This document shows, piece by piece, positions 31,280-39,810 of a DNA stretch of 64,000 nt. The position numbers and the translations under genes were made by a program. Position 1 is the first letter of the stretch, and every line of letters begins with the position of its first letter. The notes under the pieces are model-generated. The model saw nothing but the letters and a program-made list of their open reading frames with translations. It was not told where the DNA came from and ran no database searches. This DNA is from Promethearchaeota archaeon (GTDB lineage: Archaea; Asgardarchaeota; Heimdallarchaeia; Hodarchaeales; Hodarchaeaceae). The DNA lies in the NCBI GenBank assembly GCA_048938105.1, contig JBHLMN010000016.1, positions 83,199-147,198 on the forward strand. Reading direction: 5' to 3'.

Positions 31280-31936
31280 ATGAGCAGGACTAGAGAAATG
31301 GAAAGAAAACCCCTAGCAGTAGATTTAGAATCTTGGGTTCCACGTACCGCTGTTGGACAGATGGTGAAGGATGGAACAATTGCATCAATCTACGATATTT
31401 TTAGGGATTCCCTCAGAATGGATGATGTTCGCATTGTAGACTTCTTAGTGCCAAATTTAACCGAAACAGTGCTTGATGTTGGTCGTGTTCAGCGTCAAAC
31501 TGATGCAGGAAGAAAAACTTTATTTGTAGCTACTGCTGGTGTAGGTAACAAAAATGGAATTGTAGGTGTTTCTCAAGCTAAAGCTGCAGGAGTTGGTACA
31601 GCAATTAGAAATGCTATTGTCTTGGCCAAATTAAATATTGTACCCGTTAAAAGAGGATGTGGGAGTTGGGAATGTACCTGTAGCAATCCTCATTCTATTC
31701 CATATCAAGTGGAGGGTAAAATTGGTAGTGTACGTGTGATACTTAAGCCTGCTCCTAAAGGATTGGGATTAGTTATTGGAGATGTGGCAAAAAGTGTACT
31801 AGAATTAGCTGGTATCTCTGATATTTGGAGTAAAACTTTTGGTGATACACGAACGACTCAAAACTTCTGTAAAGCTACATTTGAAGCACTTCGAGCAACA
31901 TATCATATTTCTCATATTAGAGAATGGGGTGATTAG
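31280..31936 (+). CDS. rps5: 30S ribosomal protein uS5
   Basis: WVPRT, RGCGSWEC, PAPKGLGLV; start moved to ATG at 31280. Confidence 0.96.
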   Translation: MSRTREMERKPLAVDLESWVPRTAVGQMVKDGTIASIYDIFRDSLRMDDVRIVDFLVPNLTETVLDVGRVQRQTDAGRKTLFVATAGVGNKNGIVGVSQAKAAGVGTAIRNAIVLAKLNIVPVKRGCGSWECTCSNPHSIPYQVEGKIGSVRVILKPAPKGLGLVIGDVAKSVLELAGISDIWSKTFGDTRTTQNFCKATFEALRATYHISHIREWGD

Positions 31937-31937
31937 A

Positions 31938-32435
31938 ATGCCAAAGAATATTAGAGAAAATTCTAAAAGGCTTGCTGTAATAAGAATTCGGGGCAGAGTC
32001 GATCGAAGTTTATCTATTAAGAAAACATTAGAACTGTTACGATTAAATCGTACAAATCACTGTGTTATTATCGATGATCGTGAAACCTATAAAGGAATGT
32101 TACAGAAGGCTAAAGATCTTATAGCTTGGGGTGAACTGGACTCAACAACAATGAAGGAATTACTTCTAAAAAGAGGTCGTTTAGAAGGTGGGAAGCGAAT
32201 TACAGAAGACTATATACAAAGTTTTACTAATTTCTCAAATATAGATGAGTTTGTAGACAAATTTATTAAGTTTGAAGCTAATCTTACAGATATTAAAGGA
32301 CTTAAACCCGTTTTTCGACTCCATCCTCCACGAAAAGGTCATGAACGTCATGGTGTGAAGCAACCTTTCAGCCTTGGAGGAGCTCTTGGTTATCGTGGTA
32401 ATGAAATAAACGATCTTATATTAAAAATGGCTTAG
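31938..32435 (+). CDS. rpl30: 50S ribosomal protein uL30
   Basis: AVIRIRG, GMLQKAKD..AWGE, FRLHPPRKG; start moved to ATG at 31938. Confidence 0.96.
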   Translation: MPKNIRENSKRLAVIRIRGRVDRSLSIKKTLELLRLNRTNHCVIIDDRETYKGMLQKAKDLIAWGELDSTTMKELLLKRGRLEGGKRITEDYIQSFTNFSNIDEFVDKFIKFEANLTDIKGLKPVFRLHPPRKGHERHGVKQPFSLGGALGYRGNEINDLILKMA

Positions 32436-32446
32436 AGTGAGATTTA

Positions 32447-32881
32447 ATGGCTATTAGAAAGAAAAAGAAGGTTCGTAAACAACGAGGAAGCCGAACTTAT
32501 GGCTATGGTCGGATTTCTGGGGGTCACCGTAAAAGTGGTTCTCGTGGGGGAAAAGGAAATGCTGGAATAAAGGATCATCATCGAATTGGTCGGATCTCTG
32601 AATTAATTCGTAATAAAAAAGGGTTTAATACTCCCAATATTCCATCATCTTATTTATCAATTAATGTAGGCGATATTGATGAACAACTCGACCTATTATT
32701 AACCAAGAACATTGCTATAAAAGAAGGATCCATTATCAAAATTGATATTACTAAATTGGGTTACTCTAAAGTCATAGGAAAAGGATCAGTAAAACATCCT
32801 TTTCATTTATATGCAAAGAAAATTACAACGAAAGCTCAAGAAAAAATTGAGGCTGCTGGAGGTAAAGCTTTTACAAGCTAA
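32447..32881 (+). CDS. rpl15: 50S ribosomal protein uL15
   Basis: RGSRTYGYG, GSRGGKGNAG, KIEAAGG. Confidence 0.97.
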   Translation: MAIRKKKKVRKQRGSRTYGYGRISGGHRKSGSRGGKGNAGIKDHHRIGRISELIRNKKGFNTPNIPSSYLSINVGDIDEQLDLLLTKNIAIKEGSIIKIDITKLGYSKVIGKGSVKHPFHLYAKKITTKAQEKIEAAGGKAFTS

Positions 32882-32962
32882 TTATAAGAGTAAGATTTTT
32901 AATTATAAGTCATCTTACCATATTTACACAAGTTTATTCAAATGAATGGTTTAGAAAGAAAT

Positions 32963-33040
32963 GGGCCGGTGGTCTAGCCCGGTTATGACGTCTCCCTGAC
33001 ACGGAGAAGGTCCCCAGTTCGAATCTGGGTCGGCCCACCA
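32963..33040 (+). tRNA. tRNA-Val(GAC), intronless, CCA encoded
   Basis: Complete cloverleaf; anticodon arm TCTCC-CTGACAC-GGAGA. Confidence 0.97.
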
Positions 33041-33318
33041 TTTCCTATTCATTCCCCTGTGAGAAATGTGTAAAAATATCTATTTTTCTTCTTTCTCATA
33101 AAGAAGTTAACCTTTTTGTGATTACAGTTGAAAATGATGTGTTCTTTTAAAATATGAATGTATAGGTTCTGAAATTAAGAATAAGTTATTTTACTTGAAC
33201 CTCTTTAAGCTAGGAAGACAACTAGATGCATATCAATGGTTTAATAAATGATGATTGAAACAATGCAGTCTCTCCCATATGAGGGAGCTTAAAATATTAA
33301 TCTAGCTTTCTATAAAAG

Positions 33319-33401
33319 CGTCGGGAGGGGGATTTGAACCCCCGAGCTCATAGAGCACTGGATTAGCAGTCCAGCTCCATACCAGGCTTGGATATCCCGA
33401 C
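33319..33401 (-). tRNA. tRNA-Ser(GCU), intronless
   Basis: Acceptor GTCGGGA/TCCCGAC with G73; anticodon arm CTGGA-CTGCTAA-TCCAG; long variable arm. Confidence 0.97.
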
Positions 33402-33595
33402 TCACTCTATATCCATTTTGTATTATTATATCTAATTAAGTTTCTGCTACTATGGCGTTAAAATAACGTCTAAAAGTTATTGTTCTTAATTATTCATTGT
33501 AAAATTATTTTTCAATAAGTAACTTACTTGGGTTTATATGAATATTAGTCAAAAATAGTCGGAAATATTGTCTGTACTAACAAATTGTTATTTAT

Positions 33596-34084
33596 TTGGA
33601 GATAAGAATGATATCTAAAAATTTATTGATGGCATTTCATAATTCACATAGTCGTAAAGCTGTAAAATTCTTTGCTGACACTTGTGTCGGCTTATCGTGT
33701 CAGAATGTCATCTTTAGTAAGATCACAGCCTCTGCAGCCTCCATAGGAATTCCAGATGCACAAAAATCTGTTCTTAACGCAGGAGGGAATTTACTCTTTT
33801 TTTCTGATGTAGAAGATATCTTGGAGACTTTAAATCCATCTAAAATATACCTACTTGTTTCTCGGAAGTATGGTGAGAAACCTATTCCATTTAATGAAAT
33901 AGTAACTGATTTAAAGGTTGGAAAAGTATTAGTTGTAGTTGGAGGAACATCTCCTGGACTCACAAGGAAGGAATTAGACTTGGGGCAATGTATCTTCTCT
34001 GATGAAGTCATCTTAGATATTAATCCGATTGCTTTAACAGCTTTATTTCTATATGGCCTATCTAAAGTTGTAAAAGATAGTTGA
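33596..34084 (+). CDS. DUF2122/COG4080 SPOUT-like protein
   Basis: HNSHS, K..ASAASIGIPDAQK, VVVGG..PGLTRKELDLG. Confidence 0.7.
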   Translation: MEIRMISKNLLMAFHNSHSRKAVKFFADTCVGLSCQNVIFSKITASAASIGIPDAQKSVLNAGGNLLFFSDVEDILETLNPSKIYLLVSRKYGEKPIPFNEIVTDLKVGKVLVVVGGTSPGLTRKELDLGQCIFSDEVILDINPIALTALFLYGLSKVVKDS

Positions 34085-35049
34085 AAATTGGAATGAGAAT
34101 ACTAGATTTATTTTGTGGTGCTGGGGGTTTTGCGTGTGGATTTCTTCAAGCAAATCCTAGAAATAAAGTTGTCTTAGGTATCGATAATGATTCCCAAGTG
34201 TTACATACTTATTGTGCAAACATAACACCTCAAGTATATAACAAGAATATTCAAGAAATCCACTCGTGCGAAATTCTTAACCTTCTAGATGACCAACCCC
34301 CTGATATACTTATTTCTAGTCCTCCCTGTGAATCATTTTCAGTAGCAAATCCTAATCGAGAGAGATCAGCTTATAATCAGCTTTATGCAGATGAAGTAGG
34401 GCGTCTAGTTCTAGACACAATACGTATTATTATCGATTTAGAGCCAAAACTATTCTTAATAGAAAATGTCCCTCAATTGGCTTCAACTGAAATGAAACGA
34501 TTAATTTTACATGAATTCTCTCGCTCAAAATATAGATCAGTTTATTTCAACATTTTAAATGCAGAAGATTTTGGGGTACCAAGTCAAAGGAAAAGAGTTT
34601 TCATTTCTAATATTGAATTGAAATCAACAAACACAACCTCATTCATTTCAGTGAAAAATGCATTTCAATCTTTACCTAAACCAAGTATAGAAATGAAAAA
34701 TCACCACTTAATCCCTCTTTCCAATAGAATTGTCAAGAAAATATCTAAAACACCTCCAGGAGGAGCTATTGTTTATTTTAAGGGAAGTCACAGAGGACTT
34801 TTTCGTAATTATATTCGTTTACAAGTAGATCAACTTAGTCCCACTGTAATGGGGAAAAGTCGATTTATTCACCCCTATGATACTCGCCTTTGTACAGTAC
34901 GGGAACATGCTCGTTTAATGAGTTATTCTGATGATTTTCAATTCTATGGTTCTATAGTTTCACAATATAATCAAGTTGGAGAAAGTGTACCTCCATTAAT
35001 GGCCAAAGCAGTGGCAAAACATGTCCTGAAGGATTTTCGCAAAAATTAA
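34081..35049 (+). CDS. C5-cytosine methyltransferase (Dcm/Dnmt2 family), orphan
   Basis: Motif I DLFCGAGG, IV SPPC, VI ENV, VIII QRKRVF, X GESVPP. Confidence 0.92.
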   Translation: MKIGMRILDLFCGAGGFACGFLQANPRNKVVLGIDNDSQVLHTYCANITPQVYNKNIQEIHSCEILNLLDDQPPDILISSPPCESFSVANPNRERSAYNQLYADEVGRLVLDTIRIIIDLEPKLFLIENVPQLASTEMKRLILHEFSRSKYRSVYFNILNAEDFGVPSQRKRVFISNIELKSTNTTSFISVKNAFQSLPKPSIEMKNHHLIPLSNRIVKKISKTPPGGAIVYFKGSHRGLFRNYIRLQVDQLSPTVMGKSRFIHPYDTRLCTVREHARLMSYSDDFQFYGSIVSQYNQVGESVPPLMAKAVAKHVLKDFRKN

Positions 35050-35077
35050 AAGAAAGTTTTTTGAACTAATTATTAAA

Positions 35078-35404
35078 ATGGACAAATATAAGAAAAAATG
35101 GTCTGTAGGGGTGTTCTTAACGCAGGTAAAGATTATTCGAAAAGAAGAATCTCTTTTAGAATTTGAAGTAATAGGTGAGGATCATACGTTTTTGAGTATG
35201 CTCCGTGAGACGTTAAAAGATCAACCTGGGGTTTTATTTGCAGCTTACAGGTTTCCTCATCCTCTTCTTGAAAATCCTATTTTTTATTTACAAACATCTT
35301 CGATTGATCCAGTTAAAGCTCTTCAGCAAGCCGCTGATACTATCGTCCATAAATGTGATGATTTGACAGATATCTTTAAAGAAAAACTTTCTAACTCCGT
35401 TTAA
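35078..35404 (+). CDS. rpoL: DNA-directed RNA polymerase subunit L (Rpo11)
   Basis: GEDHT, FAAYRFPHPL. Confidence 0.95.
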   Translation: MDKYKKKWSVGVFLTQVKIIRKEESLLEFEVIGEDHTFLSMLRETLKDQPGVLFAAYRFPHPLLENPIFYLQTSSIDPVKALQQAADTIVHKCDDLTDIFKEKLSNSV

Positions 35405-35424
35405 TCATTGTTCTGGGGTGTAAA

Positions 35425-35880
35425 TTGCAGAAATTAAAGAATTCACTTCGCAATTTTAGTAAAAAAAGCGGAAAAGAGGAAAATTTAGAAACATATATTT
35501 ATAAGAAAAGTAATGCAAAGCTAGGAGACTCTCTGGTCAATTTCATTTATTCAATAGCGAAAAGTATTGTTTCTGAAACAACAACAGGTACAAAAGTTTC
35601 AGATTCAATTCTTTCGGAGGCTTATCGAAGATCTTTATGGTATTCCACAAATACTTTGAGATTAAAAGGAAAAAAAGACCGAATTGCTGATATTATCGAG
35701 GCACTTATTCTCTATTTCTGGGTACACAAAGAATTAAGTCTTGAAAAGCTTATTAATCCCCTTATAGCCCAACTCGAACCAGACCGTCTTCATCATCCTA
35801 AAGAAGAGTATCTTTCTGCAATCATGTCATTTCAAAGACTTCTAGATATGCTATACAACCACTATATAGAGGAAGTATAA
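35425..35880 (+). CDS. Archaeal RNase III-like domain protein
   Basis: AKLGDSLVNFIYSIA, KVSDSILSEA, ADIIEAL. Confidence 0.8.
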   Translation: MQKLKNSLRNFSKKSGKEENLETYIYKKSNAKLGDSLVNFIYSIAKSIVSETTTGTKVSDSILSEAYRRSLWYSTNTLRLKGKKDRIADIIEALILYFWVHKELSLEKLINPLIAQLEPDRLHHPKEEYLSAIMSFQRLLDMLYNHYIEEV

Positions 35881-35979
35881 AAAGAATCTCACACAAAACA
35901 TTAGATAAATAGTTAGTTAAGCCCTTCCGCCTGATACGAAGATCTACTCCGCTTTTCTAATTCACTTTAATAAGAATCA

Positions 35980-37173
35980 TCATAAATACTCATTTCGACC
36001 TGAAAATATGTCCCCACGAATAGTTAAAACCTTTCTAACAGCCAATTTAAAATCATCAAAAGTAACTATTGTTCGTCTTTCACGAATGGCAAACATACCA
36101 GCCTCTTGTGTTATAGCACGAATATCTGCACCCGAGGCATGTCTGGTTTCGTTAGCAAAATATGAATAATCAACTTTTGGATCAATATTCATCATACGAG
36201 CATGGATTTTAAAGATTTCTAACCTTTCTTCTTGGTTTGGTAGAGGAACCTCAATATGTCGATCAAAACGGCCAGGCCGTAAAAGGGCAGGATCTAAAAT
36301 ATCAACACGATTAGTTGCGCCAATAATTTTAACATCTCCACGCGGAGAAAAACCATCCAATTCGCTAAGTAACTGCATTAAAGTCCTTTGGACTTCACGA
36401 TCTCCACTAGTAGCTATATCTAACCTTTTACTGCCGATTGCATCAAGTTCGTCAATAAATAGAATACTTGGCGAGTTTTCTCTAGCAAATGAAAAGACTT
36501 CACGAACAAGTCTTGCTCCTTCTCCAATGTATTTTTGAACCAGTTCTGAACCAATTACTCGGATAAAAGTAGCTTTGGTCTCATGAGCAACAGCTTTTAC
36601 CATAAGTGTTTTCCCCGAACCAGGGGGACCATGAAGTAATACTCCTTTAGGTGGTTCTATACCAACTTTTTCAAATAATTCGGGTTGTAATAGAGGTAAT
36701 TCAACTGTTTCACGTAGTTCCTGAAGTTGCTCTTTTAATCCGCCAATATCGGCATAGGTTTCAGAAGGTTTTGTTTCGATCTCCATAGAGCGGACACTAG
36801 GATCTAATGACTGTGGTAGAACCTCAAGAACAGCAAAATTTCTTTGATGTAAAGCAACACGAGTACTCGGAGATAGTAACTCTTTAGGTATTGATGAATC
36901 AACAACAACCACAAATGATGGCCCTGTTGAGCTTTTAACAATAGCCTTACCGTTTTCCAAGATTTCTTGTAATGTTCCAGTAAACAAAGGTGGTTGGCGA
37001 AGTTTTTGGAGTTCAAGCTTGAGATTATCTCTTTCTTCTTCTAATTTGTTTCGTTGGACTTCAAGCAATTGTCTTTCAGTTTCTAACGCACGAATTCGAC
37101 GTTCCATGCTTCGAGTGTATGAATCAGCGAAATCATCAAAAGAAGCTTTCTTATCATCCACAGTGTCTGGCAT
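35980..37173 (-). CDS. pan: Proteasome-activating nucleotidase
   Basis: Coiled coil and OB fold, GPPGSGKT, DELDA, RPGRFDR, C-terminal EYL (HbYX-like). Confidence 0.97.
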   Translation of the reverse strand: MPDTVDDKKASFDDFADSYTRSMERRIRALETERQLLEVQRNKLEEERDNLKLELQKLRQPPLFTGTLQEILENGKAIVKSSTGPSFVVVVDSSIPKELLSPSTRVALHQRNFAVLEVLPQSLDPSVRSMEIETKPSETYADIGGLKEQLQELRETVELPLLQPELFEKVGIEPPKGVLLHGPPGSGKTLMVKAVAHETKATFIRVIGSELVQKYIGEGARLVREVFSFARENSPSILFIDELDAIGSKRLDIATSGDREVQRTLMQLLSELDGFSPRGDVKIIGATNRVDILDPALLRPGRFDRHIEVPLPNQEERLEIFKIHARMMNIDPKVDYSYFANETRHASGADIRAITQEAGMFAIRERRTIVTFDDFKLAVRKVLTIRGDIFSGRNEYL

Positions 37174-37581
37174 TCTATTACCTACTTATTATTCGATTTG
37201 TTTTAAATATAACAGATTTATCAAAGATTGATATGTTGAATAAAATTGGAGATTTGACTATTGGGTCGGAGATTGTAATAGCTGGCACGATTATGCACGA
37301 TTCTGTCGAGGTCTCTCAACAAATCATCCCTTATTTTTCTTTTCTTTTCTTTTTTCATAATAAACAATGATGAAGTTTGATTTATAATTAGCGTTTATAG
37401 CAACAAAAATGTATTTATTACTGAAATCAAATGCTAAATTTTTGAATGAATGGAGAAATCACCTCAATCGGTTAGATAAGGAATAGAGGATAGATTATAG
37501 ATAATCTACATAAGAAATCAACCAAAAATAGGCTTTAAAATTAAATAAAATAACTTCCAATCTTAAGAGGAAGTATTCAAA

Positions 37582-38103
37582 TTGAGTAGGATACAAACAT
37601 GTGAGATGTGTGGGGTTGAAGCACCAGTCACCTTAATTGAAATTGATCATGTAGAGTTGCATGCATGTCCTAAATGTGCGAGATTTGGAAAACCCGTCAT
37701 TCGTCGGCCAAAAAAGAAGATTATGGATCCTAAACCTCGTTATCAACCTCAAAAGAAATCTCAACCACGACACATAAAGCCGCCCAAGAAAGACTTTCTC
37801 CATGATAAGATTCTAGTAGATGGATATGGTCAGTTAATACAAGAAACTAGGCGCAATCATGGGTTGGGACGGGCCGAATTTGCTCAAATGATAAAAGAAA
37901 AGGAAACCTTACTTGCTAGAATTGAAGCTGAGAAAGTATTGCCTACTGATCGTGTTGTAGCAAAAATTGAACGTGAACTAGACATTGAACTAAAAACAGA
38001 GGTTGCAGAGGAGGGTTCTATCATAGAGGATTTTATACCTAAGTCAACAACAATTGGTTCAATAGCTAAAATTAAAAGAAAAAAGAATAATAAATCATCT
38101 TAA
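37582..38103 (+). CDS. mbf1: Multiprotein bridging factor aMBF1
   Basis: CEMCG...CPKC Zn ribbon, HTH, C-terminal TTIG motif. Confidence 0.92.
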   Translation: MSRIQTCEMCGVEAPVTLIEIDHVELHACPKCARFGKPVIRRPKKKIMDPKPRYQPQKKSQPRHIKPPKKDFLHDKILVDGYGQLIQETRRNHGLGRAEFAQMIKEKETLLARIEAEKVLPTDRVVAKIERELDIELKTEVAEEGSIIEDFIPKSTTIGSIAKIKRKKNNKSS

Positions 38104-38230
38104 CTGAAATTATATCTTTTTAGATCAGAAATTTTATTTCAAAACTCCACGATAAACTTTAACAACTTGGTATAAGGACGAAGTAGATAGATATATAGAG
38201 GCTTTAGGCCCCTCTTATAAGATAGATAGG

Positions 38231-38665
38231 TTGAAAATAGTTTCTTCACGAGCAATCCCTTTTAAAGAGAAGATAAACTTGGTTATGCTTGATCCTCTAG
38301 CTAATGCGATGTCAACTATAGCAAATGCCGAAATTCTTGGTCGAAAAGAAGTAACCATTAGGCCTGCAAGCCGGATCATTGCGAATGTCCTTCGAGTAAT
38401 ACAAAAGTATGGCACTATTGGTGAATTTGAAGTAATGGAAGACCTGTGGATTATTTCAGTTCAATTATTAGGTAGAATTTCTAAAATTGGAGTTATTAAA
38501 CCCCGCTATCCTGTTAAAGTCAGAGATTATGTTGAATGGGAAAAACGTTTTCTTCCTGCTCGTGATATGGGGATCCTGGTAGTTTCAACTTCCGAAGGGG
38601 TAATGTCTCACCATGAAGCTAAAGAAAAAAACCTTGGTGGACGATTACTAGCTTATGTTTATTAG
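38231..38665 (+). CDS. rps8: 30S ribosomal protein uS8 (true start probably ~38279-38285)
   Basis: [35 protein letters not shown]. Confidence 0.97.
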   Translation: MKIVSSRAIPFKEKINLVMLDPLANAMSTIANAEILGRKEVTIRPASRIIANVLRVIQKYGTIGEFEVMEDLWIISVQLLGRISKIGVIKPRYPVKVRDYVEWEKRFLPARDMGILVVSTSEGVMSHHEAKEKNLGGRLLAYVY

Positions 38666-38690
38666 TAATGAAATTTAGGAAGGTACTATT

Positions 38691-39242
38691 ATGAAGCATT
38701 ACGAGATGGAAAGGATCATTAAGGTGCCTGAAAATGTCACCGCCACTCTAACTCCAGTCCGTGGAGGAAAAACTGTCCAGATTAAAGGGCCTAAGGGAGA
38801 ACTTCTTCGAACATTTGAACGCTTAACAGTTCTCATTTCTCTTAGCGACAAGAAATTCACAGTTCAAAGCTTTTTTGGAAACAAGGCTGAAGCCTCTATG
38901 GTTGGTACCATCGCGGGACATATCTCTAATATGATAAAAGGAGTTACAGAAGGGTATACATATAAAGTTCGTGTGATTACATCACATTTTCCTGCTACTG
39001 TTGAAGTTCTAGAGAATACTATCTCGGTGAAAAACCTTTATGGAAGACGAGACCCAATAAGAATACCTTATGACAAGGCAGTTTCCGTTACTGTAAAGGG
39101 AGATATGGTGACAATGACTGGAATAGACATTGAAAAAGTCTCGCAAACAGCAGCACGGTTGGCAGAAGCAACTCGCTTGCGAGGAAGACAAAGTAAAGAT
39201 CCAACCGTCTTCCAAGATGGACTGTATGTAGTACCCTCCTAG
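38691..39242 (+). CDS. rpl6: 50S ribosomal protein uL6
   Basis: KGPKGEL, HISNMIKGVTEG, SHFP, KDPTVFQDGLY. Confidence 0.97.
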   Translation: MKHYEMERIIKVPENVTATLTPVRGGKTVQIKGPKGELLRTFERLTVLISLSDKKFTVQSFFGNKAEASMVGTIAGHISNMIKGVTEGYTYKVRVITSHFPATVEVLENTISVKNLYGRRDPIRIPYDKAVSVTVKGDMVTMTGIDIEKVSQTAARLAEATRLRGRQSKDPTVFQDGLYVVPS

Positions 39243-39465
39243 ACATCTACCAAAAAAGGTTCTTGAGTCTTGTTAATAGCTTTAGTATTAAGGCATAAAA
39301 GTATTTGATTCATCTTTAAGAATCAAGTAGAAATCTTACGGGGTTGTATCTAGTATCGCTATTGGCAAAAAGGTTAAAAAAAAGAGCTAGTAAAACTTAT
39401 TACAACCTTAAACAGAAAATGAATTCCAATATCTACTGAAATGCTTACAGTAACAGATATGTGAA

Positions 39466-39591
39466 GGGCCTGTAGCTCAGTTTAGGGTGTTCAACATTCA
39501 CACTCTCTGAAATGGTTAGAGCGTCCGGCTCATAGAGCTCAAATGAGCTTGAGAAACCGGATGGTCGTGGGTTCAAATCCCCCCAGGCCCA
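39466..39591 (+). tRNA. tRNA(CAU), probably tRNA-Ile2 (elongator Met less likely), with introns at 17/17a (39483-39512) and 37/38 (39535-39555)
   Basis: Two perfect BHB motifs (TCAG/CTGA and CTCA/TGAG); Ile-type GGGCC acceptor; G1:C72 excludes initiator Met. Confidence 0.9.
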
Positions 39592-39608
39592 ACTCCCTTT
39601 CAAAAAAA

Positions 39609-39744
39609 GGCATCATAGCTCAGTTTAGGAAAGAGTATTCCGTCTTTCTTCTGAATAGGTAGAGCGTCCGGCTGTTAAAAGGTTACAATGAGAAAAATCC
39701 TAGCAGATACCGGGTGGTCGCAGGTTCAAGTCCTGCTGGTGCCG
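39609..39744 (+). tRNA. tRNA-Asn(GUU) with introns at 17/17a (39626-39656) and 37/38 (39678-39708)
   Basis: Acceptor GGCATCA/TGGTGCC with G73; BHB helices TCAG/CTGA and CTGT/GCAG. Confidence 0.93.
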
Positions 39745-39810
39745 TTTTTTTTTTCAAAAATCACACCTGTAACATAAGTGGTTGATTTAATTACAAGAAT
39801 GATTTTGGGT

